NCBI GenBank assembly: GCA_004431415.1
Contig: QPMI01000435.1
Span: 265,196 to 329,195, forward strand
Reading direction: 5' to 3'
From: Cyanophora paradoxa CCMP329
Taxonomy: Eukaryota; Plantae; Glaucophyta
Length of the DNA: 64,000 bases
In this document: in pieces, positions 22,392-33,296 of the stretch
Position numbering within the stretch: position 1 is the first letter of the stretch
Layout of the letters: every line of letters starts with the position of its first letter
The notes under the pieces: model-generated
Told to the model about the DNA's origin: nothing
Databases searched by the model: none
Seen by the model: the letters and a program-made list of their open reading frames with translations, nothing else
Translations under genes and position numbers: made by a program

Positions 22392-23902
22392 CTAACGATG
22401 CTCAGGCTCTAACTGAATGCTGTACCCCCCGCTGTTACTGCCCGAACCTTCCGAACTTGCGTAATTCGGCCTCGCCCTGTACCCAGTGGCTGGTGTCGTC
22501 CATCCATTCGCGTACCTCCCTCTGACGCTTGAGTGACTCACGCTGCTCGGGGGTAGGGGAGGGGGGCCTTCGAGGCGGGGTGGGGAAGGGGTACGGTGGC
22601 AAAATTCAGCCACTCGGGGGTATGCCGAATTCGCCGTGAACGATCCTCTGCGGTGTGAAATACCGGTCGCTGCTCACGGCCAAGTGGAAGAACGCGCTCC
22701 TGAGCCCGGAGAGGAAGCGTGGTTGCATGAATGGCTGCTGGAGGGACTCGTCGCGCCAGGGGGCTACGAAATCAATGATACGCTGCTGTACCTGCGCGGG
22801 CAGGGCAAGGATCTGGCTCTTGCGGTTCGCAAAGGCCGTCCACAGCGCTTGCAGGTCGGCCCAATCGCCGTTCAGATCCCTGCGTTCGCGCCTCAGGTAC
22901 GATCTCGGGTTCTCTGTCATACCCATCAAGCCCGCGGCCCTGATCATCTCCCTGTCCGGGAGCTCTCGCTCGTCGTGGAATTCGTCTCTAATCCAGCGCA
23001 CAAGGTAGAGCACGCGCTCCATGAAGTTCTCCGCCGGCGAGCCGCCCCTGAGGACGTGCGCCTCCCCTCCAGCACTGCGTTCGCATCCTCCAAGTCCACG
23101 TTCCGCTGTCGAATCTCCCCGTCCAGGTCGCCGTTGTTGTACAGCACGTCGGACTCGCGTGTTCGCGCCATGCTCGCGGCTCGGTGAGAATTTATACCTG
23201 TACCCCTACTCGCGGTCGGGGTACCTGTCGCCGGGCATCAGCCTCGCGCGCTTCCGCATCTCCGCCTCCCCGGGTAGCCAGTTCTTCGGGTCGTTGCTCC
23301 ACTCCTCCCATTCGCGTATGTCCCGTCTGACGTCACGCGGGGCGGGGGCGTTTATCGGTGGGGCGGGCGGGGCTGGCAGGGCCTGGCGCGGGGGTTGAGG
23401 CCCCTGTTCCACGAGTACTCGGGGTACTCTTCCCATCCCAGGGGTACCAGATTCATCGGAATTGGCTCAACTTCGAATTGGGCTTTTTGACGTGATAATC
23501 ATAGTTTGTGACATACGCCGTCACAGCCGAGCGCAAGCGCGAGAGGTCGCGCAAATTTACGTCGTCCCATTGCGAGTCCCTTGCCTTCGCGTACCACTCG
23601 AGGATTTGCATGCGAATGTGGTCCGGGAGGGTCGAGAGTATGCTGAGCTTGGAGCCCAGGGCGAACCAGATGCGCTTGAACTCGTCGATAATCCTGCCCT
23701 CGTCGTGGCTCCGAACGTAAAGGGCCCCGCCAGAGTTGTAATGCGTGTCTAGCCACCCTGCCCGGGCCAGCTCTAGCACCGGCCAGGGTTGGCGCTGTCG
23801 ATTCGGTCGCGAGGCCTGCTCTACCACCCAGCGTCTAAGGTCCTTGACCTGATCTATGAACTGTGCGATCACGTCCCTGGGCGCTTCCTCTGCATCCGAC
23901 AT
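22392..23902 (-). CDS. Viral hypothetical protein with an internally duplicated helical domain (several frameshifts)
   Basis: Chain of abutting minus-strand ORFs (23453-23902, 23206-23436, 22944-23171, 22606-23022, 22392-22613); two similar blocks; ATTTCT motif upstream. Confidence 0.55.
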
Positions 23903-23952
23903 TTGCAATTGCACACATCAAGAAATTCTAAACGCTACTGCGAGGCTACGCT

Positions 23953-24608
23953 ATGCATACCGATACAAATTGCGAGACTTTGCAACAGGGGAGCGCAGCG
24001 TGGCACGCGGCGCGCCGTGAAAAACTAACTGCATCTAATTTTGCGGCTGCGTGCGGCATAAACCCCTGGAAATCCAGGGCCCGCCTGTGGGCGGAGCTAA
24101 GCGGGATAGCGGAGGAAAACAACTTTGACAACCCTGCCCTAACCTATGGGCATGACTATGAGCCCTCGCGGTCTCTCTCTACAAAACGTCGAACAACAAC
24201 GTGGACGTGCAACATACTGGATTGCACGAACATAAGGAACTGCCCTTCCTGGCGGGCAGCCCGGACGGGCTGATTGGAAGCGATCGTATACTTGAAATAA
24301 AATGCCCCTACAAACAAGAACTCTACGAAAAGGTCCCAACTTATTACATGCCCCAGCTCCAGGGCCTGCTGGACATAACGGGCCGCGAGTGGGCCGAACT
24401 TTTTTGCTTCACTCCTCTGCGCGTGCAAACGTGGTACGTCAGACGGGACGAGAGGTACATCGAGCTCATGCGGCGGTGCTTACATCTATTTTGGATGCAC
24501 GTGAAGGCTGGAACTCCGCCCGAGCCCTACAGCGATCGAATGAAGTCAGAGAACCTCAGCGAGGAGCAGGCGGCGCTGCGCGAGTTTAAGTCGTACGCCC
24601 TCCTCTAG
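23953..24608 (+). CDS. YqaJ-like (lambda exonuclease family, PD-(D/E)xK) viral nuclease; one frameshift at ~24165
   Basis: QGSAAWHAAR..LTAS, YGHDYEP, FLAGSPDGLI, LEIKCPY, YMPQLQ motifs. Confidence 0.92.
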
Positions 24609-24945
24609 TGTCCCGACCCTCTCAGATATTAATTTAAAGATCTGGGAGGGTCGGGACACGTCTCTTGGTCAGACTACTTATGTACGCCCTCCTCTAGTGT
24701 CTCGACCCTCTCAGATATTAATTTAAAGATCTGGGAGGGTCGGGACACGTCTCTTGGTCAGACTACTTATGTACGCCCTCCTCTAGTGTCTCGACCCTCT
24801 CAGATATTAATTTAAAGATCTGGGAGGGTCGGGACACGTCTCTTGGTCAGACTACTTATGTACGCCCTCCCTCCTCTAGTGTCCGGACCTTTCCAATAAT
24901 CTATAAAGAAAGTAGGGAGGGTCCGGACACGTCTCTTGGTCGGAC
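24594..24945. repeat. 89-bp tandem repeat x4, each unit containing a ~50-bp hairpin with AT-rich loop
   Basis: Units start at 24594, 24683, 24772 and 24861; stem GTGTCCCGACCCTCTCAGAT / ATCTGGGAGGGTCGGGACAC, loop ATTAATTTAAAG. Confidence 0.95.
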
Positions 24946-25223
24946 TCACCGTAGCTTGGTGTAGCTCAGGCCCAGGCGGGGAAGGCGAGTCTGCAATGAA
25001 TCAGACCCCACAGGATTTGGTTGAGCTGCTCTTTGCAGGGGGGCAGGAAGGCGGCCGCAGAGGGCTAGGGAGACTAGATCTAATTAGTAATCCCACACCG
25101 CGCATGTGCAAGCGACAGAGAACGAAGTGAGTAAATGCAGATCGATGATACGGCAATCATGAGTTGTTCAGAAAAGGTCGGGACACATAGAGAGTGCATG
25201 CCCTCACTCTCGTCCGCCCTCGC

Positions 25224-25277
25224 AATGTCCCGACCCTCCCAGATCTTTAAATTAATATCTCAAAAGGTCGAGACATT
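25224..25277 (-). repeat. Inverted copy of the AT-loop hairpin
   Basis: AATGTCCCGACCCTCCCAGATCTTTAAATTAATATCTCAAAAGGTCGAGACATT. Confidence 0.92.
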
Positions 25278-25376
25278 CATTGATCATATGCATGACGTCA
25301 CTTGAATTCGCACGTTCGTATTTACACACTGGCACGCGCATCCCGTTCGCGAAGTCCACACTGTGACATCCGACAA

Positions 25377-28300
25377 TCACACGCGCCTGTGAATGAGAGC
25401 ATAGCAGTCGGAGAAAACGTTGTAAACCTCTGGGAAGCTTGGCGCCATGCCTGCCCTTGCCTGCTTAGCCTGGCGCTCTACTGCGTCGTCGAGCATGTCT
25501 TCCTCCCACGTGATGTAGCGTCGCTTTCGGCTGCCCATTTGCCCTCCGTCCGCGTCGGAGAAAGCGCGTCTCACTCCGAGGTACTTCTCCAGCAGGTACT
25601 TGATGACTTGCCAAGACTGCTGCGAGAGCCGCTTCTTCTCACCGTCCGCTGCATCGAAGCGGGGCGCGCGCTCGTCCAGACTCTGCAGAGCCGCGTACGC
25701 CTCCCGACCCTCCGGCGACGCCAGGGCCGCGTAGGCTTCGTCCGACCACAGAGCACGCCCCGCGAGCTTTCCATACCCCCGCCAGCCGAAGAGTTTCTTG
25801 AACAGCGCGACGACCTTCGATACCTTGAGGCGCTCAGCAGTAGGCACGATCTCGGCAACGTCCGCGCCATGCTTCAGCACCAGCGTGACCACGGCAGTGA
25901 GCGGGATGGAGTAGAACGAATCCCACATCCAGGCGACGTCTCCTTCGGTCAGCTCGCTCGGATCCTTGGCCAGGAACGCGGCGATCGACGTGCGAGCAAG
26001 CGAAGCAACCTTCTCGATGTCCAGCTTAGCGAGAGACTCGCGGGACTGCCTCCAGGCCAGCACCGTGCTCCACAGATCGACGGGCTCCAGCGCGCCCGCC
26101 TCCAGCACGCTCCTGATCTCGCGCAGCCGCTGCTCCTTCTCCTGCTTCGGTCCGCTCGGGTTTTGATCCTCCGTGACTTGCACGTTCATCAGCGCGCAGG
26201 TCGACATCAGCCGCAGGCGCGCTGCCACTGCGAGGCGCCGAGTGGGCATGCCGGCGCGGCGGCTCCCGCGGTGGCTAGCCTTCAGGTCCAGGTAGCGCTG
26301 CATGTCGTCCGAGCTCTCGTCGTCGTCGCTCTCACGCCAGTGCGCAGCCGCCGCGCCGACCGCAACCGAGGGCGTCCGGTTCTTGCGCACGGCGACGAGC
26401 AGGTGCTCTCCGTCGGGCGTGCTGCGTTTGCGCAGCCTTCTGACTCGAAACAGCAGCTGCACGATGTCGTCCGCCTCCAGCTGCGCGGGCTCCGCCTGGA
26501 ACACGCCGTAGACCTTGTCAAAGTGCGCGTCCGAAAAGTCCACGCCTGCCCCGAGCGCGGAAGTTGCGATGAGCACGTCGCAGGCCTTGTACGCGCCCTC
26601 CTCAGACACATCGATCGACACGATGCGCACTGGGCCCTCGTTCGTGAAGCGCACGCTCTTCTCCTTGGCCTGCCCAACGATGAGCCCGATCGTGAACGGT
26701 GCGCCGCTGCCGTCCTCGGGCCCTGCCTCGAGCTGAGTCACGTACTGAGCGCCGCCCAGGCTGAGCTGCTCCAGCGCCTGCTTCGCAATCTTCTCCTGCA
26801 GCTCGATCGCCTTGGCCGGCGTCTCCGCGATGATCATGGCCCGCGAGCGCCCAGGTCGGCACTGCACCATGATGTCCGCCTCGACGTGCGCCGGGCTGTC
26901 TGACACGCGCATCTTCCAGTCGCAGGTGCGATGCGAGTTGTACAGGAGCCCCAGGCGCGCCCCGACCTCCTGCGCCGACTCTGCCAGGTACGCGAGATCG
27001 ACCGACCGAACGAAGCCGTCCATCGCCACGATGCGCGATGCCTTCATCACGCCGCGCCATAGGCCCACGCAGCGCGCGTTTCGAGGCACTGACCGCATAC
27101 CTAGGTGCAGGCCGGTGGGCTCGAGGGTGCCGCTCGAGGTGAGGTGCTTCGTGAGGGAGGAGAGCTCGTCCAGCACGACCAGTAGCGGCGCCGTCGACCA
27201 GCCCTCCCAGTCCTCGAGCACCTTGTGCAGCGAGTCCCATGTGATGACGACGCACCTGCACTCCTCATGGCGGAAGCCCCACTTGCCATGCGATCCCTTT
27301 GAGCTCTCCGGTGGCTTCTTGATGTCCATGTAAAGCACGGCGTCCTTTGACAACTCCGCAGCATCAATGCGACGCTTGAGGTCGCGGGAGAAGGCCCGGC
27401 GGCAAGTCACGAGGATCACTCGCCAGCCGCCTGCGAGGGCCGGGTCCAGGTACGCATCGATCAGCGCCTGCGTCTTCCCCGTGTTGAGTCCCGAGCAGAT
27501 GACGTCGACCTGCGGCTGAGCGGATCTCGGGTTCTGCTCCAGCGCCCCGAATGCGGAGGTAAGGATCTTGCACGAGAGGTGGCGTTCATCCACTGCATTG
27601 ACGCAAGCCTCCAGGCCCGTCGACTCGAGCGCGATCAGGAGGGAGGGGAGGGCAATGTCGAAGGCGACAGGCTGCGAGGGATCGGTCACATAGCGGGTCT
27701 GTGCCACGCTGCCCGACTCCCCTCCGGTCCCCTCCCCTCGAGCTCGACTTCAATACCGTGCGCCTGGATGGAGATTCGAGCCGCCGGCGCCCCCGGCTGA
27801 CTCCCGCCCAGGACGAGGGTGATGGACCCGTCGGGCTCGACTCCAAGGTGCTGAACGCGGCGGGCGTCGTGCAGGCCAAGGTCCGCGCGCAGCTCTGCCC
27901 CCGCCTTCCAGATCTCGTCCCTCACCGCCTTGTTCTTGCGCAGGCGGTCCAGGAGCCGCTCCAAGGCCGGCAGGCTTGGGCTCGAATCCAGGAGAGCGCC
28001 CGGCTCCGGGATGGGCTTAGCGCGGGGCGCCGAGCTTCTGGATGGAGTGGGGAGGAGCTCCGCTCGCGGCCCGGGCGCCGGCCCCCGCAGAACGTAGCCC
28101 CCGTGCCATCCACACCGAGCTCCAGGCCGCTCGAGCTCCCAAAGAACCATGCCATGAGATCGCAAGCCTCCGGGCTCTGTAGGACGTAGGCAGCCTTGAA
28201 TCCATTATCCAAGGGGCGAGAGAAAGTGAAGCCTCCGAACTTGGTTGCAAAGGCGCAGGCTGCCGCGGTGCTCGTCTCATCCTCGGCACCCGAGAAGTGG

Positions 28301-28497
28301 CTGGGGGTGATGCAGGGCGGGTGGAAGACGCAGAAAGCCGTCCCCAGGGTCGGGCTGCAGGCCTTCTGGACTTCGACGAGAGGGAATCGAACGAAAAAGC
28401 TGCACTCCTGCTCGCTCAGATCTATCTGCTGTACCCCGGGCCCGGGCATACGGGCCAGGAAGGCGTCGACGTCGAGAGACACGCGTCCGGTTGCCAT
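25377..28497 (-). CDS. Origin-binding-protein (herpes UL9-like) SF2 helicase; N-terminal part joined through about two frameshifts
   Basis: SGLNTGKT Walker A, ILVTCRRAFS, VITWDSLHK, LVVLDELSS, RIVAMDG, DVLIATSALGAGVDF, QLLFRVRRL in ORF 25377-27707; upstream overlapping ORFs lead to ATG at 28497. Confidence 0.82.
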
Positions 28498-28586
28498 GGT
28501 CGTCTCTCTATAGCTAGGCTTGGAAAATTCTAGATCTACTAGGCTAGTCGACGTCTGTTGGCTAGCTATAGTCGACGTCTGGACTG

Positions 28587-28724
28587 CTGTCTCGACCTTC
28601 TGAGATATTAATTTAAAGATCTGGGAGGGTCGGGACAGGCTCTGGTCCGTCTGGATCCGGACTGCTCAGCGGCTGTCTCGACCTTCTGAGATATTAATTT
28701 AAAGATCTGGGAGGGTCGGGACAG
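28587..28724 (+). repeat. Two further copies of the AT-loop hairpin (86-bp spacing)
   Basis: CTGTCTCGACCTTCTGAGATATTAATTTAAAGATCTGGGAGGGTCGGGACAG at 28587 and 28673. Confidence 0.95.
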
Positions 28725-29699
28725 GCTTTGGTCCGACCTTAAGCGCTCAACTAGACCCGGTTGACACCGTCTTGATCTCTCCTTCTTGGCGCAGCGGACG
28801 ATGTGACGCGCAGACCGTCGGCCCGGCGGACGGGGAGGCGCGCGCGTAGAACTTCGGAAGCGCTAGCCCCTTGCTTGACCGAAGCTTAGAAAGTTTTGAG
28901 CGCACGTGAATGCGACACGTGTAGAGAGAAGGCAGAGCGCGCCGGAGCTAGCTTGCGCGGCCGAGCGCTCGACCGCCTTTGCTCCTAAGCTCAGAAAGTT
29001 TTGGGCTCACGCGGTTGCTCCACGTGTTTCGACTCAAAACACAGTACCCCAACCCGAAAAAAAGCGCCCGGGCAGCGCATCTCGCAGCGCCCGGGCCCAG
29101 CGCTCCTTGCAGCACTTGCCAGAGGCACTAGCTTGCATTCCGCTCAGCCCGGAGAGCCGCCGCCTCGCTCCTTTCGATTCGGAGGTGCGCCTCACTTCGC
29201 AACCTCTTTCTCCGCACCACGGCTAGCTCCGGACCTCAGATTTTGGGCGCTGGAAAGCTCTCTCGACGCCGCACTCACGCCGCCACGCGCAGGGTCGCTC
29301 GCGCCGGCCGCGGACCTTCGAAAGCTCGATGGCGCCCGAGCCGGAGCACTCCGCCGCATCCCGCAGGTGCCAGCTCGCTCTCTTGCCGCTCTATCCCTTG
29401 CATTTAGCACCTAGAACATGCCCCGCAACCTCGCGCTCGATTCGCCCGCGTCCGCTGACATTTGGTCTCTGAGCAGGTGCCGAGATTGGCCGCCGCGCCT
29501 TCCGCAACTCGAGCCGACGTTCGCGGCGACTTGCGCACGCTTCTAGATCTCGTTCTCAAGCCCGCGCATCGATTCGGCGGCTCCGGCTCGCCTCCCCGCG
29601 CCTCCAGCCCCGCGCCCCACACCCGTTCTTGTCCTAGCTAAGCCCTCCCTTGTCCGCGGCCAGTCGCGGGCTACGCGCATCGCGGATAGCATCAGTGGA

Positions 29700-31023
29700 G
29701 CTACGTTTCAGCGCTGGACGCAGGCCCGCCCGCCCAATCCCTCCCACCTCCCGCTCGCAGCACGCTCACTGGGCCGCAGGCAGCTTCGCGGGGAGCCGCT
29801 GGATTCGAAGCCGCGCACCTTCCCCGCCCGTCCCGACGTCGTACGCGCTAACGTCGCCCGCGCCGCAGGTGGCCGCCAGGCCTCCTGCATCCAGGCCTTC
29901 GAGCCGGTGTGGCTGCGGGAGAAGCGCCTCGGCTTCTGGCAGGAGACGGCCTCCTGTCCCCTCACCCGCTTCATCATCGCCCACTGCGCCGTCGACCCCA
30001 CCACCTTCCTCGTCGGCTCGGAGACGGAGGGCTGGATGACGAGCGTCGCGGGCATCGTCGAGTACATCGCGCGCACGGAGGGCCCGGACGCCGCCGCCGC
30101 CGTCGCCGCCGACGTCGAGAACGGCGAGCTGGACGAGACCATCGCCGCCTTCGGCCCCAGGTGCCGCCTCTTCTCCTACAGGGCCGGCGGCATCTGGCAG
30201 ACCTACATCCGCGGCATCGTCCCCAAGGCCCCCCTCTCCCTCGGCGAGAGCCAGCCGGCGCTGGAGGCGATCGCGATCCCCGTCGCCCAGTTCAAGGACC
30301 CGGCGCCCGACGTCGGGCCCTTCCTCGTCAAGCCCCACACCAAGGGCAAGGGCAAGCGCACCCGCAACTCGGCGCCGGCCTTCCTCCCGCCCCAGCCCCC
30401 GCCACGGCCCCCCAGCAGCGCCCCGGCCAGCAGCGCATCGACGAGATGCTGCCGCGCCAGGTCCGGCCCCGCGTACCCCCGCCTTCCCTCCCGTACCCCC
30501 CTCCCCCCGCCCCCCTCCTGATCCAAGGGCAGGGTACCCCGACGAACGGCGGCGCGGGCCCGAGCGGCTACGGGAGCTCGGCCTCCTCCGCGAGCGCCGA
30601 CGGCCCCAGCCCCCTCCCCGGCCCCGGCGCCATCCTCAGCGCGATCATGGGCTTCGGGGCCCAGCAGGAGGCCGAGCGGCGGGCGCTGGCGGCGCGCCAG
30701 GCGCGCGAGGCGGAGGAGCGGCGCCAGGCCCTCTGGGCCCAGCGCCTGCAGGAGGCCACCGCCTTCCGCGCCGAGCTGGAGGCGGGCTTCCGCGCGGAGC
30801 GGATGAGCGCGGCGGAGGCCGTGGAGAGCTGGCGGGCGTTCGAGGACGGACCGTGGAGCTGGCGAAGGGCCTCGGCTACAGCTACCGGCGGGCGCCGGTG
30901 CCCACCTCGTACGCAAGGCGGGCGGCGCGCGAGGCCTCGCGGGCAAAGATCGACGCGGCGGAGGAGCAGGCGGCGCGCGAGGAGGCCGAGGACAACGCGC
31001 GCTTCCGGCACCTGCACCACTGA
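29700..31023 (+). CDS. Viral hypothetical protein with a possible winged-helix DNA-binding region, Pro-rich linker and coiled coil (frameshifted; start uncertain)
   Basis: Strong GC3 codon bias; PLTRFIIAHC...TYIRGI loosely resembles the C-terminal wHTH of D5-like proteins. Confidence 0.45.
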
Positions 31024-31071
31024 GGCCCGAGGCGGTATTTTTTCTCAACCCTCCCTCAATTCGGTCCCGCG

Positions 31072-31260
31072 ATGGCCTTCGAAGCTTATCCTGCCCACTA
31101 CTCGCTAGGAGCCCTCGCCGCGACCCTCACCTGGCTCCTCGGCGGCACCCCCACGGCCTCGGCGGTCATCGGCGTGGGCTTTGGCTACGCCGCCAAGAGC
31201 CTCTACGCCCCGGCTGCGCCTCGCAGGCGGCGGCCGGCATGCGCCCCGCCGGGCGCTAAC
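31072..31260 (+). CDS. Small membrane protein (3' end uncertain)
   Basis: Hydrophobic N-terminal segments; TTTTCTCA motif upstream. Confidence 0.5.
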
Positions 31261-31354
31261 TTTTCAAAGTTCATTCTCCCCTCCCCCTTTTCCGAGTTCC
31301 GAGTCCGTTGGCGTTCCCTTTTAAATTTTCTTCATTCTCGTTACACGTTCGAAG

Positions 31355-31831
31355 ATGTCGAGCGCGGTAGAGAAGCTGCTGTGCACCGTGTTCAAATCGG
31401 ATTCGCGATGCAGCAAGATCGGCGAGGCGGCGAGGGCTAAGGGTGGGGCGGCGGCGGAGGGCCCAGGGTGAGGGCGGCGGATCCCGCGCCGCCGTCGCTG
31501 AAAACGATCAAGGGGCGGGCAAGGGCAGGAGCGTGGGGGCGCTGCCCCTCGTGGCGATCGCGCCGGGGCAGAGGGAGGCGGCGCACGCGGCGACGGCGGC
31601 GCTGGCCGCGCGGCGCCAGGCGGAGGCCTACCCGTGCCTGGGCCGGGGCTGCACCCGCCGGCCGGCCGCCCCTACGCCGTGAGCGCCTACTTCGACGAGG
31701 CCAACCGGCTGAGCTGCCAGGAGCTGTGCGACAACCGCATGCGGCGCGCCGTGGACGGGCACCTGCCGCTGCTGGTGGCGCTGGGCGGCTCGCTCCTGAT
31801 GGTCTGGTACCTGCGCGGCCTGGTCATTTAG
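31355..31831 (+). CDS. Hypothetical protein with C-terminal transmembrane helix (frameshifted)
   Basis: MSSAVEKLLC... start after TTTTCT motif; ends LPLLVALGGSLLMVWYLRGLVI. Confidence 0.5.
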
Positions 31832-31867
31832 ATAGTTTTTCGAAACCCGGTTGGAAGCTAGCCAAGG

Positions 31868-32193
31868 ATGAGCTGGCTCGATGCGCTGCTCACGAAGACC
31901 TTCGGCCCAAGGGCCAGCCGCGCCTGCAGTTCGGCGAGATCAACGCGGCGATTGGCGCCACGGTGGAGACGAAGAACCGAGAGAACGTCCTGCGCGGCGA
32001 CGGAGGCGCGTGGGCCGACATTGCGGCGGGCGCCCTGGGCTCCGCGCTCACCGCACCGGGCAAGGCGGGCCGCGCGCTGACGGACGGGGCCGAGCGCTTC
32101 TGGCACTGGCTCAAGGTGGCCGTTGTCATCGCCGCAGCGGTTGTGGCGGGTCTCCTGGTGCTCGAGGCTCGCGCGCTATTTTCTAAACGCTAG
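31868..32193 (+). CDS. Small protein with C-terminal transmembrane helix (one frameshift)
   Basis: MSWLDALLTKTFGP joins GQPRLQFGE...VAVVIAAAVVAGLLVL by restoring one C. Confidence 0.6.
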
Positions 32194-32209
32194 GTAAACC
32201 GAGCGAACC

Positions 32210-32584
32210 ATGCGCGGCGGCTCTTCCCCCCGTGTTTCCTTCGCTGAGAACCCGGTGGCGAACGCAGTCGCCCCTACCCCCCTGGAGCCCGGAGTGAAGC
32301 TGGAGCGTGCGAACGCAGTCTCCGTCAAGAAGGCCAAGCGCACGCTGGCGCTGGAAGTCCCGGTCGCGGAGGATACGGAGAAGGTTGCATTCAACAAGCG
32401 CAAGACGTACAAGGCGATACGCGAGGGACAGCTGCTGCCCACGGACTCGGTTCCCGGGCTGCCGGGCACCACGGCCGGCGAGCTCCTAGTGCGCAACCTG
32501 CGCCTGCAGTACGTCTCCCGCCTCCGCCGCTCCAAGGCCAAGAAGGCGCGCCTGGACTCGGGCGATAGCAGCTCTAGCTCGTAG
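32210..32584 (+). CDS. Basic hypothetical protein, 124 aa
   Basis: Intact ATG ORF preceded by ATTTTCTAA. Confidence 0.65.
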   Translation: MRGGSSPRVSFAENPVANAVAPTPLEPGVKLERANAVSVKKAKRTLALEVPVAEDTEKVAFNKRKTYKAIREGQLLPTDSVPGLPGTTAGELLVRNLRLQYVSRLRRSKAKKARLDSGDSSSSS

Positions 32585-32611
32585 GGCTCTGTACTGTTGT
32601 ATTCAATGCCT

Positions 32612-32896
32612 TTACCAGTTCCTGTTCCTATCCCAGAGCACGACTCGGGTGAAGGGCACGGTCATAGCGAACATGAACTCGGCGAACTTGGCAAAGTTCA
32701 TCAGGGTTCCCAGGCGGGGATCCTCCCAGTAGATCGCCTCGCGCAGCGCCTCGTAGACGCGCATGAGGGAGCGCTCGTTCTCCGTCGCGAAGGCGTCGCC
32801 GGGCTCGTCGGGGTCGGGATCCGTGAGCTCGGAGTACTCGTCCGAGCTGCCCGCGCTCTCGGCACCTGCGGCGGGGTCGGGCGAGGGGTCGGGCAT
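32612..32896 (-). CDS. Hypothetical protein, 94 aa, acidic N-terminus
   Basis: Intact ORF with upstream ATTTTCT motif. Confidence 0.6.
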   Translation of the reverse strand: MPDPSPDPAAGAESAGSSDEYSELTDPDPDEPGDAFATENERSLMRVYEALREAIYWEDPRLGTLMNFAKFAEFMFAMTVPFTRVVLWDRNRNW

Positions 32897-32944
32897 TCTT
32901 TGCTGGTAGAAGGGCTAGAAGAGGGACCAGAAAATCACTAGCAA

Positions 32945-33286
32945 TCACGGGCGCCGGAACTCCATCGAGTCGCCGCGCCAGTACTTGTTGCCGGAGGCGA
33001 GCAGCTTCATCGGCTCGCCCGTCGAATCGTGCTTCCAGGCCTCGCCGTCCCAGAGGGCCGTGCCGCCGTCCTCTAGCTTGAGGCGGTGGCCCGGCTCGAG
33101 ACGGTTGCCGTCGAGCATGCGGCCGGCCATGAGCGCCAGGTCCCACTCGGTGAGGTTGCGCTGCTCTGCGGGGGTGAGGCCGCGCTCGACGCGCTCGGGC
33201 TGGCGCGCCTCGCGCTCCATGCGGCTGAGGCCCACCAGGAAGAAGATGGGCAGGGCAAAGGCCATGAGATCTAGCAGGGCCTCCAT
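32945..33286 (-). CDS. Hypothetical protein with N-terminal membrane anchor
   Basis: MEALLDLMAFALPIFFLVGL; upstream TTTTCTAA. Confidence 0.6.
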   Translation of the reverse strand: MEALLDLMAFALPIFFLVGLSRMEREARQPERVERGLTPAEQRNLTEWDLALMAGRMLDGNRLEPGHRLKLEDGGTALWDGEAWKHDSTGEPMKLLASGNKYWRGDSMEFRRP

Positions 33287-33296
33287 TGGGCAAGAC

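Noticed and set aside
24620-24645. Geminivirus-type TAATATTAC nonanucleotide in the hairpin loop
   Set aside because: The reverse strand reads TAATATCTG, only a partial match, so no nick site is assigned
24594-24945. CRISPR-like array of palindromic repeats
   Set aside because: Sequences between the hairpins are identical rather than unique spacers, and no cas genes are present
25302-26903. 533-aa plus-strand ORF and other antisense ORFs over viral genes
   Set aside because: Shadow frames of GC3-biased genes on the opposite strand
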